Of a DNA stretch of 60,208 nt, positions 8,422 to 16,730 are shown piece after piece. The stretch lies in the IMG/VR virus record IMGVR_UViG_3300046374_000002, positions 1 to 60,208 of that record; one strand, given 5' to 3'. The position numbers and the translations under genes are program-made. A model generated the notes under the pieces. That model searched no databases and was not told where the DNA came from. It saw only the letters and a program-made list of their open reading frames with translations. The first letter of the stretch is position 1, and every line of letters begins with the position of its first letter. Origin of the DNA: a virus. Lineage: Duplodnaviria > Caudoviricetes.

Positions 8422-8447
8422 CAAAAATCGAAAAATATTTTACGTCG

Positions 8448-8471
8448 TAAGTCGTTGATAATCAGGTACTT
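8448..8471. promoter_or_regulatory. TAAGT-NN-TTGAT-N8-ACTTA dyad, copy 1
   Basis: TAAGTCGTTGATAATCAGGTACTT (last A replaced). Confidence 0.6.
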
Positions 8472-8484
8472 CATAACGTTATGA
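8471..8484. repeat. dispersed palindrome, copy 4
   Basis: Exact 14-mer. Confidence 0.95.
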
Positions 8485-8499
8485 TTTCATTCCCACAAA

Positions 8500-8518
8500 T
8501 GTATACAGTTTGTATACA
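8500..8518. repeat. TGTATACA-N2/3-TGTATACA motif, copy 1
   Basis: Also present at 12894 and 26455. Confidence 0.6.
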
Positions 8519-8552
8519 AAAAAGCCCATACCAGCATTGCCAGTATGGGCTT
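8518..8552 (-). terminator. rho-independent terminator
   Basis: AAGCCCATAC...GTATGGGCTT stem followed by a T-run. Confidence 0.8.
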
Positions 8553-8571
8553 CTAACACGTTCGAAGAACG

Positions 8572-8925
8572 TTATTTGATTATGTTTTTCAGTTCTCTTT
8601 CAGCTGTATTTCGATACAGAAATATTTTCTGTGTTATATAGTACGGTTTTACAGCATCAAATCGAAGTTGCTGTAACAGAAATTTAATTTGTATCTGATC
8701 TTTCGAAATTTCATTTTGAACAATTCGCCATTCTCCCAGATTGCCAAACATCTTTCCACCATGTTGCAACATTTTCTGTTTAGGTAACAGATCATATTGT
8801 AACGGATTTACTTTTTGTAAGTCTGGAGCCTCTGGTATTGGATACAGATTTTTTCTAGGTTGTTTCTTGTTTATTTTTATGTTCTTTTGTAGTCTTATCC
8901 AATCTGCTAGCTTCAGTTTGTTCAT
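8572..8925 (-). CDS. hypothetical protein
   Basis: 117 aa ORF; overlaps the upstream ORF by 71 nt. Confidence 0.55.
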   Translation of the reverse strand: MNKLKLADWIRLQKNIKINKKQPRKNLYPIPEAPDLQKVNPLQYDLLPKQKMLQHGGKMFGNLGEWRIVQNEISKDQIQIKFLLQQLRFDAVKPYYITQKIFLYRNTAERELKNIIK

Positions 8926-9094
8926 CTCCTTCTCTTCTCGTTCGCTCTGCTAGTAATAACTCTTGCAAGTGTTTTCTAGCTTGCTTTCGTAATACTAGTC
9001 CATCTCGTTTTCGAAGTCTAACTCCAAAACGAATTAGTTCTTCATCTGTAATAACGTGTAGTAGTTCTAATATAACTTCGTCAGGTAGTTTCAT
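8855..9094 (-). CDS. hypothetical protein
   Basis: 79 aa ORF with A-rich leader. Confidence 0.6.
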   Translation of the reverse strand: MKLPDEVILELLHVITDEELIRFGVRLRKRDGLVLRKQARKHLQELLLAERTRREGDEQTEASRLDKTTKEHKNKQETT

Positions 9095-9218
9095 TTGTTA
9101 GTTTGTTGTTCGTTTGTTAGTTGTAAAAGTTCAATGATATGTTGAGCTAGATAATGATCTTGCGCTTTAAGCAACTTTAGTAAGTAAGCTACTTCAATTT
9201 TAGTTAGTGATATGGTTT

Positions 9219-9407
9219 TCAGTTTCTTCTTTCTTTTTCATCTGCCCACTCTGCCCCACATATAGGACAGAAGCCTGTTCGATGTAACTGTCTAACAAGT
9301 TCATTGCTAATACCTTGTTCAATAGTTCCACGTAAAGCACTATCTCCTAAATTCTTAGCTAGGACTTTCTTAACTTCTTCTATTAATGGATCTGGTTTAT
9401 TAGACAT
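9219..9407 (-). CDS. hypothetical protein with CxxC
   Basis: FCPICG. Confidence 0.6.
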   Translation of the reverse strand: MSNKPDPLIEEVKKVLAKNLGDSALRGTIEQGISNELVRQLHRTGFCPICGAEWADEKERRN

Positions 9408-9413
9408 AATTTG

Positions 9414-9731
9414 TTAGTTGTTAGTCTTTTGTAAGGTAGAGATTTGCTCACTAATATAGTGTTGGAAGAATTCCAACAAATCTGCCATTGGAATTTCCAT
9501 TTCGCTAGTGATAGTACTAATAATCACCTCTCCCGAATAATCGGCATTGTAGTAGAAATCATATACGGATTCATTCCGTATAGTCTTTGAACTAGAATTA
9601 AACTTACATTTTTCTTTTTCTTCATTCATAGGAACTTTAAAATGATAAGGTTGACCTTTGTATTCATACCATTCCATTACTATATCTTTCCCATTAGTCG
9701 CCAACAGCTTTCTTTCTGAGTTTGTAACCAT
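9414..9731 (-). CDS. hypothetical protein
   Basis: 105 aa ORF. Confidence 0.55.
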   Translation of the reverse strand: MVTNSERKLLATNGKDIVMEWYEYKGQPYHFKVPMNEEKEKCKFNSSSKTIRNESVYDFYYNADYSGEVIISTITSEMEIPMADLLEFFQHYISEQISTLQKTNN

Positions 9732-9979
9732 CCAGACATCTTTTCATTGCTAGGTATAGTCACTTTACAATCACAGGATATTAGTTGACAATCACAGTTA
9801 GGACATACTTCCTTATCACAACATGGAACATGTAGTTGTCCTGGTTTAACAGCGCAATCTTTACATCTAACATTTCCTCCATGTGGAATTCGCTGATAGT
9901 TAACTTGTCCGATAGTATAGAACTTAACTGTTTGTGCCTCTGCTATCACTATATAAAATTGAGGATTAATTCCTTTCAT
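9680..9979 (-). CDS. Cys-rich (zinc-binding) hypothetical protein
   Basis: CKDCAVKPGQLHVPCCDKEVCPNCDCQLISCDC. Confidence 0.7.
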   Translation of the reverse strand: MKGINPQFYIVIAEAQTVKFYTIGQVNYQRIPHGGNVRCKDCAVKPGQLHVPCCDKEVCPNCDCQLISCDCKVTIPSNEKMSGWLQTQKESCWRLMGKI

Positions 9980-10137
9980 AGTTTATGTTTTCCCGCGTTT
10001 ATGTCACTTATTAGATAGTTTAGAAATTCCTCTAAATCTAGGTTAGGAGGAAAGATACCTTTAGCTAAGATTTCCTTTCCTCGTACTGCATAGAATTCTC
10101 CATTGTTAGGATTATAGGTAATTGTCATTAATGTTAG

Positions 10138-10383
10138 TCAGTTCTTTGTTGCTTCATGTTTTAGTTCTCCTTCGATTTGTTCTACTATTTCTTGTATACG
10201 ATGAGATTGAAGGATAGCCCATGTCATAGAAACAACCCAAGATGCTTTGAATACTGAAGCATTATCTTTACCCTTCATAGCAGTTTCTACAACTGTTGCT
10301 AGTGCAGGACTAATAGTTGTTTCTAATAAGAAAATCTTATATAATCCTTCGGCTGTTTCGAATGCTTCTTTTGCGTTAATCAT
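10138..10383 (-). CDS. hypothetical protein
   Basis: 81 aa ORF. Confidence 0.6.
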   Translation of the reverse strand: MINAKEAFETAEGLYKIFLLETTISPALATVVETAMKGKDNASVFKASWVVSMTWAILQSHRIQEIVEQIEGELKHEATKN

Positions 10384-10393
10384 TTTGTTAATT

Positions 10394-10426
10394 AGGAAAG
10401 GTTAGGAATAGAACCTTGCCTTTCCT
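10394..10426 (-). ncRNA. intergenic hairpin with T-loop-like UUCUAUU loop
   Basis: AGGAAAGGCAAGG(TTCTATT)CCTAACCTTTCCT. Confidence 0.45.
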
Positions 10427-10435
10427 GTTAATTTG

Positions 10436-10744
10436 TTAGTTGGCTAATTCTTTAAATCTCAACTCTGTTAGTCGATTAAACTTCCTTCGAAAATTCCTTA
10501 TATTATTCTCTAACATTCGAAGAGCATGTAATGATTGCTGTGCTTCCCTAGCACTAACCATTTCTGCTAGATCAGTTGCATAAGTAGCCAGACCTTTTGC
10601 ATCCGATACTAACTCACCAAAAGTTGGTATCGACTCTTCATAGTCATTATACTTACTAACTGTATCTACGAACTCACCAACAGATTTATCTACTTGTTTT
10701 TGTAGTTCTGCAAATGTCTTCTTATTGTTCTTATCATTAATCAT
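10436..10744 (-). CDS. hypothetical helical protein
   Basis: Shares QKxxDKSVGE(F/Y)VD with ORF 12055..12849. Confidence 0.7.
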   Translation of the reverse strand: MINDKNNKKTFAELQKQVDKSVGEFVDTVSKYNDYEESIPTFGELVSDAKGLATYATDLAEMVSAREAQQSLHALRMLENNIRNFRRKFNRLTELRFKELAN

Positions 10745-10767
10745 ATTAATTGTTACCTTTCTTTATC

Positions 10768-10803
10768 AAAAAGGGAGTAGAGCTAACTAGACTCTACTCC
10801 CCC
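10768..10803 (-). terminator. rho-independent terminator
   Basis: GGGAGTAGAG...CTCTACTCCC followed by a T-run. Confidence 0.75.
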
Positions 10804-10844
10804 TTGACTAACTACTAACTAACTACTACCTAACCACTAACTAC

Positions 10845-11465
10845 TTAATCTTCACTTTCCTCTGTAGTTTCCTCTTCACCATCCCCACTAGTCTCACCCT
10901 CTGCTTTCCTAGCTGCCTTTTCTACCTTAGCAAAAGCAGACTTGTAAGCCTTTCTACTAGCAGCTATGAAGTCACTAAGTTCTAACATTTCAATTTCAGT
11001 AATAGCATACCTAGCTACCCCTTCTAACTTTTTGTTAAACTTAGTTTCCGCATCATCTGTCCCTTCCTGCTTGGTAGTAATTTCCTCGCGGAATTCCCTA
11101 ACAGTCTTTTCACCTGCTAGTACTTGGTCTAGCGATTCTCGATGCTCTTCCTTAGCACCTTTGAAGATTTTGCTAACTTCGTTTTTTGCAGTCATAGGCT
11201 GCATTCCACGAAGATCTATCAAAGCCTTCTCTAACGTCTTCCTACTAACATCGTTGTCAGCAACGTATTCAACTATACGCGGCCAATAACTTTCTGTCTG
11301 TTTGAAAGACTTTTCCCATTCAAGAACTAACCTGTTAAGACCCTTATCAACTACCGGCGCCTCTTCAGGTTTAACCTTAGTTTCTGGTTCTTCAGTTTCC
11401 TCGACTCGTGATCGAACTTTAGTTCCAGTTTTTGTTAGCACTGCCATATTAGCATTTCCTTTCAA
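10845..11465 (-). CDS. hypothetical protein with acidic C-terminal tail (paralog of 11646..11969)
   Basis: Shared W..IVEY...KNE...I......H.E.L.....G...VR.FRE pattern; has its own promoter and terminator. Confidence 0.75.
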   Translation of the reverse strand: MKGNANMAVLTKTGTKVRSRVEETEEPETKVKPEEAPVVDKGLNRLVLEWEKSFKQTESYWPRIVEYVADNDVSRKTLEKALIDLRGMQPMTAKNEVSKIFKGAKEEHRESLDQVLAGEKTVREFREEITTKQEGTDDAETKFNKKLEGVARYAITEIEMLELSDFIAASRKAYKSAFAKVEKAARKAEGETSGDGEEETTEESED

Positions 11466-11489
11466 TGAACATATTACTTATTAATGATT

Positions 11490-11503
11490 TCATAACGTTA
11501 TGA
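11490..11503. repeat. dispersed palindrome, copy 5 (full 26-bp form)
   Basis: ATGATTTCAT-AACGTT-ATGATTTCAT. Confidence 0.95.
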
Positions 11504-11537
11504 TTTCATCTCCACAACGCTATTACATCGTACCTAT

Positions 11538-11566
11538 ACTATAGCATATAAGTGCTTGATAGTCAA
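11538..11566 (-). promoter_or_regulatory. sigma70-type promoter
   Basis: TTGACT-N17-TATAGT with extended -10 TG. Confidence 0.7.
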
Positions 11567-11573
11567 ATACTTA
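11549..11573. promoter_or_regulatory. TAAGT...ACTTA dyad, copy 2, overlapping the -35 box
   Basis: TAAGTGCTTGATAGTCAAATACTTA. Confidence 0.6.
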
Positions 11574-11588
11574 ATAATGCCCGGAGCC

Positions 11589-11648
11589 TAGCTCCCTTCT
11601 CCGCCCTAGCGATTAGCAGATCACCACTAAGGCGGAGTGTAGGAACTA
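11589..11648 (-). ncRNA. intergenic hairpin, class III (UAGUUCCU-AYA-CUC...GAG-NA-RGGR)
   Basis: Begins GTTAGTTCCTAYACTC, like the hairpin at 11994..12039. Confidence 0.45.
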
Positions 11649-11969
11649 ACCTACAGATCTTCTAACAGGTTTATTTGTCTCTTTTCTATACACACTTTCT
11701 CTAAATTTCCTAACACTCATCTTTCCTTGAACAGCCTTAAGTAGATCTTCACTATGTCTACCTTGTGCTGATGTATATATTCTAATAGTTTCATTCTTAA
11801 TAAATCTATCTGAAAATCCTAAATCAGAATCTAATAGAGATTCAGCTATCTCTCCTTTGCTAAGTTCAAAGTCCCTAGCATATTCGACTATAGTTAACCA
11901 AGCTCTTTCGTTCTCTATAACTTTATCATGCCAGTTTTTAATTATTTGTAGTAGTCGTTCGTTTGCCAT
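11646..11969 (-). CDS. hypothetical protein (paralog of 10845..11465)
   Basis: Aligns by eye over about 85 aa. Confidence 0.7.
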   Translation of the reverse strand: MANERLLQIIKNWHDKVIENERAWLTIVEYARDFELSKGEIAESLLDSDLGFSDRFIKNETIRIYTSAQGRHSEDLLKAVQGKMSVRKFRESVYRKETNKPVRRSVG

Positions 11970-11993
11970 ATTTGTTAGTCGGAGTTTGTTACC

Positions 11994-12039
11994 TCCTTGC
12001 TCTCCTAACTTCTGCTATCTCTGTTAGGAGAGTATAGGA
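11994..12039 (-). ncRNA. intergenic hairpin, class III
   Basis: TCCT-ATA-CTCTCCTAAC...GTTAGGAGAG-CA-AGGA. Confidence 0.45.
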
Positions 12040-12054
12040 ACTAACTACACTAAT

Positions 12055-12849
12055 TTAATACTTGTATTCTGTTTCTAATCTCTCTTTCAAGTACTCTTCA
12101 ATTACATTATACGCATCTTCATTTAGTAGTTGGTTAGGACTATCTACACATGCTCGGATCATTTTCAAGAATAGCTTAGGATCATCATGCAATATCTTTC
12201 GAGATTGCTTTACCCATTCCTTGTCTAGATCCTTTGCTGGAGCTGTCCAACCTCCCTCGCTCTTGTTAGTGCTAGGAGTCTTAGCATCAGGATTAGCAGG
12301 TAAGCCTAACTTCTTTCTAATCTCATCATCCTTACTATGATCTTTGACATCAGTTAGCTCACCCTCATCTACCATCCGCCTTTTTTCCTCCATAAACTTG
12401 TTAGCATTCTCTAGAGCTTCCTCTGTACTAACACTAGCTTTCTTAGTTTTCTTATAACTTCTATCAGCTAACTCTACCCAGATCTTAGTGAAAGACTTTC
12501 CACTATCACGAAGTACCTTAAACTCTTCCATCGATCTGTTAGCTACTAATGCTAGCTGAGATACAATCGAAACATAAGATTCCCATTTAGGATTTCCTGT
12601 CTTATTTCCTTTCCCCTTTGCTATGTTATTTTTTCTAGCAAAAGCATCTTTAAATTTCGATTTAATACTTTCTGTATTGTATCCATGTACTATCCTAATT
12701 TCATTGAAGTCAGCAGCCATCTGCCATAATTTTGGACCTGTAGCATCTACATATTCACCAACAGATTTATCTATTCTCTTTTGTACTTCCAATTCTGTCC
12801 ATGTTCTAATATCAGTAGTTCTAGTAGTTTTAACTTTGGTACTAGGCAT
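12055..12849 (-). CDS. hypothetical Lys-rich protein
   Basis: 264 aa; first gene after the promoter at 12953. Confidence 0.75.
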   Translation of the reverse strand: MPSTKVKTTRTTDIRTWTELEVQKRIDKSVGEYVDATGPKLWQMAADFNEIRIVHGYNTESIKSKFKDAFARKNNIAKGKGNKTGNPKWESYVSIVSQLALVANRSMEEFKVLRDSGKSFTKIWVELADRSYKKTKKASVSTEEALENANKFMEEKRRMVDEGELTDVKDHSKDDEIRKKLGLPANPDAKTPSTNKSEGGWTAPAKDLDKEWVKQSRKILHDDPKLFLKMIRACVDSPNQLLNEDAYNVIEEYLKERLETEYKY

Positions 12850-12893
12850 TTGTTAACCTCCATTCAATCTCTTCGCGTTTAAAAAGAACACAA

Positions 12894-12911
12894 TGTATAC
12901 AGTTGTATACA
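12894..12911. repeat. TGTATACA-GT-TGTATACA motif, copy 2
   Basis: About 40 nt downstream of the promoter -10 box. Confidence 0.6.
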
Positions 12912-12952
12912 TTTTGAAATATCTGCTAGGCATTATTCTCCTAACATAGTAT

Positions 12953-12981
12953 AATATACCACATGTTAGTCCTGTTGTCAA
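12953..12981 (-). promoter_or_regulatory. sigma70-type promoter
   Basis: TTGACA-N17-TATATT with extended -10 TG. Confidence 0.8.
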
Positions 12982-12985
12982 ATCG

Positions 12986-13010
12986 TAAGTCATTGATAAT
13001 CAGTTACTTA
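12986..13010. promoter_or_regulatory. TAAGT...ACTTA dyad, copy 3, just upstream of the -35 box
   Basis: TAAGTCATTGATAATCAGTTACTTA. Confidence 0.6.
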
Positions 13011-13028
13011 AATGGTTAGACTTTTTTT

Positions 13029-13063
13029 GTGAAAACCGGGTCCGACCCGTTTTTCACTTTTTT
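13029..13063. terminator. hairpin terminator after the replication operon (possibly bidirectional)
   Basis: GTGAAAACCGGGTC / GACCCGTTTTTCAC with flanking T-runs. Confidence 0.55.
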
Positions 13064-13079
13064 GTGAGACAGTCAATTT

Positions 13080-13703
13080 TTAGTTAGTTATATAATGCTG
13101 CCATCTAAACTTCTCTCCTTCATATAGCTGTAGCCAATACCTAGCAATCATGATAGCGTCCACCACGTCGTCGCTTAGTATTCTAACTAACTTCTCTGCT
13201 GGTTCTCCAAAGTAGTTAACAAATCTATTCTTTGTTATATTCTTTGGAACACTACCCTTCCATTGCTGTGGAGTCCATAGAGTTATGTTAGATGCTCTAA
13301 ACCTAAAGCTAGCTGCTATATAACCTACCATAGAAGAAATACCTAATGTATAGTTTTGCATCGCAGCTATCCTACCTTTTTCACTATCAAAGAAAGTAGG
13401 CCATTCACTAGCAAAATGAGTAGGTGGAAAGCAACCATAGATAGATAAGTTAGTCTTCAAATCTAGGAAAGCTTCCTTCCATCTATACTTAACTAAACTT
13501 GGATCTATCTGATTAGTGCTAGCCATCTGAATTAACCCATAGCCCCATGCTTCATCATTCTCTATATCTAGATAGTTTCCTTCTACTATCTTATTTAGGT
13601 TAACACAACACCAACCTAGATTTCTGACACTAGGATCAATTGCCAGCAAAATGGGCAACATATTGTCTCCTACCTTTCCTAATGTATTCTGTGATGATTG
13701 CAT
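13080..13703 (-). CDS. RuvC-like Holliday junction resolvase
   Basis: LLAIDPSVRNLGW, FASEWP, TPQQWKG, DAIMIA; likely start is 13661. Confidence 0.8.
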   Translation of the reverse strand: MQSSQNTLGKVGDNMLPILLAIDPSVRNLGWCCVNLNKIVEGNYLDIENDEAWGYGLIQMASTNQIDPSLVKYRWKEAFLDLKTNLSIYGCFPPTHFASEWPTFFDSEKGRIAAMQNYTLGISSMVGYIAASFRFRASNITLWTPQQWKGSVPKNITKNRFVNYFGEPAEKLVRILSDDVVDAIMIARYWLQLYEGEKFRWQHYITN

Positions 13704-15900
13704 CGAAATCTGACTTTCTATGATTAACTTCTATTTGATTGCCAGCATTATCAATACTAATATATAACTTAGCTTTCAAAGGTATTCCTACCTTATCACC
13801 TTTCCATTTGAATTTGTTTGAGAATCTTCCTTCCATATTATACATTAACTCTCGAAGCGTGTGAATGATCTTATCGATTGGTAGCCCTAACGATAGTCTA
13901 CCTGCACATTCATCATGGGTAGTTCCTGTTAATACTCCATAACTAAACATACCAGTATATGGATGTAGAATCCAAGGAGTATACATAGTCTCATGTGAAT
14001 CCATATGATGAATAGTTTTCCAATTAGCAATAGTCATTGCTTTAGGTACACTACCAGTACCACAGCCTTGGACCCAATGAGCGACTACCTTATAGGCATT
14101 AGTTAGATTGCCACTATATATGTGATGCCAAGGATCTTCTACATATCCTTTTTCTTTGATAGCTTTTTTAACTATCTGTTGTAACTTCCTAATAGCTGGA
14201 CAAGCTCTATGAACATCTTCAAAAGCTAATTCAGCTTCTCTCTTTGCTAGTCCTGTTGTCTTACAAAACTTAGCAACTCCCATTCCAAAGTTCAATGCTA
14301 ACTTAACAGTCTTAAACTGTTTATACATTGACCAGTTAGGATTAATCGGACTATCATCTTTTTCTAACTCTGCTTTATCTACCTCCTTTCCATACGCTTG
14401 ATTATATAGCCAGACATATTCATTCCAGTCTTCTTCTGTTTCATAAGCTTCTCTCCTAGTCTCATCATGACTAAAGAATATATGAGCTACATTTTCTATC
14501 TGGGTACTATCTATATACCATGCTAACCATCCAAAAGGTACTATCTGTGCTTGCTTAGATTCCTTAGTTTGATTCTGAGCATTAATGCCGAATGTCTTTT
14601 CTCTCCATTGTCCACGCAATCCAGATCTAAATCTCCTAGTCCTAGCTGCACTTATTCTATAACCTTTTGGGATGTAGAGATAGGAATTACTCTTACTATT
14701 AACTTCTGACTCTTTGTTAGGTCTATTTCCACACCTTCTCTCGTCAGAGCTGATTGCAAAATTGATAGCATGAAACCCGCTGTTAGTCCTCTCACTATTA
14801 TTTCCGTTGGTTCGCTCCCGTTCATAGAGTCCGGCTCTAAGATAACTTCTAAAGTAGCTAACGATTTTTGCATGTTTGTTTGCCTCATAACTCCAATATA
14901 GGAATGTTTCTCTTCTGTTAGTTGCCCACTTAATACTATCAGGAACTTTTAAGTTAGTTTCTACTTCCTTTCCATATTGAGACTCACTAAATGCTCTAGT
15001 TTGTTTAGGATCTGTATGTTTAAATCTAGGGGCATTATCATCTTCTTTATCGACTAACAATAACCCTTGCAACTTGTCTGCTTTTGATAGTATAGGTTTT
15101 CCTTTTTCCGATCTATCTAATGGTTTCCATTTCTTTAGTCTGAAGTATGCATCTATCTGATGGGTACTACATATATTTGGAATGTGTCCAAATGATAAGT
15201 TGTCTCCATTCTCGATGCATCTTGCTAGTTGATCCTTGTAATGTTTAAGCCTATCTCTTAACTTATCTATGCATATGTACTCTCTACCTAACAACATCAT
15301 TTCATGTAATGGCTCACCCATTCCTAATTCTAATGTTATGTAAGGTTCCCAATGATTCTTAGGACTAGTCAATTGAACCTGCTCCCAGACTGCACGAAAT
15401 ACGTTAACAGTTTCTCTAACATCATGTATACAATAATTACCTAATACTTCATCACTAACCTCCCACATTTTTCGATGCTCGTGCTGTATCTCATCATCTA
15501 ATAGCATTTGTGGAAGATGAATTGATCCAGGCTTATCCTCCCTTTCAATTATATAGTTAACAAACTTCAAACTATATCCTAACATCATAGGATGAATAGT
15601 CTTCAAAGCTAACATCATATCATGTCGATTGCTAGGATGGACATAGAATCCATAACGCCATAGCACTATATCATCAAAGTTAAGATTGTTATACCCTATC
15701 TTATAGACTGTGGGATCTCTTAGCAATTTTCGAAATTGCTTCACTTCTGCGGTATTGTTAAGATCTATTATCTTAGGCTCACCAACAATCCCGATTTGAT
15801 AGCCTATCATTTTCAAACTACAATATGGCGCATAGACTCCATCCGTTTCTAAGTCATAGAATATTATCTTATCCTCTGGTATATCACTAACCTTTATCAT
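13636..15900 (-). CDS. polA: family A DNA polymerase with 3'-5' exonuclease domain
   Basis: Exo motifs YDLET, YNNLNFD, YCIHD; motif A IDSTQIE; motif B KQFKTVKLALNFG; motif C THDE. Confidence 0.9.
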   Translation of the reverse strand: MIKVSDIPEDKIIFYDLETDGVYAPYCSLKMIGYQIGIVGEPKIIDLNNTAEVKQFRKLLRDPTVYKIGYNNLNFDDIVLWRYGFYVHPSNRHDMMLALKTIHPMMLGYSLKFVNYIIEREDKPGSIHLPQMLLDDEIQHEHRKMWEVSDEVLGNYCIHDVRETVNVFRAVWEQVQLTSPKNHWEPYITLELGMGEPLHEMMLLGREYICIDKLRDRLKHYKDQLARCIENGDNLSFGHIPNICSTHQIDAYFRLKKWKPLDRSEKGKPILSKADKLQGLLLVDKEDDNAPRFKHTDPKQTRAFSESQYGKEVETNLKVPDSIKWATNRRETFLYWSYEANKHAKIVSYFRSYLRAGLYERERTNGNNSERTNSGFHAINFAISSDERRCGNRPNKESEVNSKSNSYLYIPKGYRISAARTRRFRSGLRGQWREKTFGINAQNQTKESKQAQIVPFGWLAWYIDSTQIENVAHIFFSHDETRREAYETEEDWNEYVWLYNQAYGKEVDKAELEKDDSPINPNWSMYKQFKTVKLALNFGMGVAKFCKTTGLAKREAELAFEDVHRACPAIRKLQQIVKKAIKEKGYVEDPWHHIYSGNLTNAYKVVAHWVQGCGTGSVPKAMTIANWKTIHHMDSHETMYTPWILHPYTGMFSYGVLTGTTHDECAGRLSLGLPIDKIIHTLRELMYNMEGRFSNKFKWKGDKVGIPLKAKLYISIDNAGNQIEVNHRKSDFDAIITEYIRKGRRQYVAHFAGN
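14652..14825 (-). CDS. possible nested out-of-frame gene inside a polymerase insertion
   Basis: 57 aa MNGSEPTEIIVRGL...; resembles ORF 55091..55303; the polymerase frame here is low-complexity. Confidence 0.35.
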   Translation of the reverse strand: MNGSEPTEIIVRGLTAGFMLSILQSALTREGVEIDLTKSQKLIVRVIPISTSQKVIE

Positions 15901-16085
15901 TATATCTTAACTGGTGCTACTTTATCCAGTGCCTCATTTAGAGTATTATGAATGCTAGTCAATAACGTTAATTCAGCATTCCGTTCACATGCTAAATACT
16001 TTCCATCTTGTCTCAAGAAAACATACCATTTACATTTGTAGTCAGGAGGAAACCTCCGACTCTTAGCTACCATCTTATATTTCAT
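15900..16085 (-). CDS. hypothetical protein
   Basis: ATG supplied by palindrome copy 6. Confidence 0.6.
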   Translation of the reverse strand: MKYKMVAKSRRFPPDYKCKWYVFLRQDGKYLACERNAELTLLTSIHNTLNEALDKVAPVKI

Positions 16086-16095
16086 AACGTTATGA
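16082..16095. repeat. dispersed palindrome, copy 6 (stop and start junction)
   Basis: TAA-CGTT-ATG links ORFs 16090..16272 and 15900..16085. Confidence 0.95.
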
Positions 16096-16272
16096 TTTCA
16101 TAGCATTAGTTTGAGATTCTAAATGATCCCATACTTCCTCTCTCCATTTACGCGGAACTAACACAAAACCAGCCGATTCTATTAAATGCTTTGACTCTGG
16201 TGATAGCTTGTTCCATAGCTCATCATAAGTCATAGTTAGTCCATCTGATAATTTCATTATTATCATTCTCAT
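16090..16272 (-). CDS. hypothetical protein
   Basis: Ends MKS* within the palindrome. Confidence 0.6.
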   Translation of the reverse strand: MRMIIMKLSDGLTMTYDELWNKLSPESKHLIESAGFVLVPRKWREEVWDHLESQTNAMKS

Positions 16273-16730
16273 AAAATAACTACTAGGTAGTTACCTTTAA
16301 ACCATGGAATTCTAATCATCCGATGGACCTTATAATTACTATCCATATAGAAATGACCATGTGGATGCCGTTGGATACTAACTCTTGGAAACCAATGCTT
16401 AGGCTGTTTCATTTGTTAATTCTCCTTTCATAACTAAATTATCTCGACGTTTTTGAACTTCAAGATCGGTAATCTCACAGATTATTACCCTTCCTTCAAA
16501 GTCTCTAAACCAACAACAGAGATCTTGTCTAGCTAGAAACATACCTAACCAAAATACTTGTTCTTCATATTGAGTCATTGTTAGTCAGTCTCCTTCATGA
16601 TAGTCCTTACCACGTTCACGACGAACTGTTTCTACTACCTTGAAAACAATAGCTAGCACAATCAATGTTAGTGCTGCTGCAACTAATGCTAGCATACCTA
16701 AAACAGCAAATAATGAATAAAAGAATGCAT

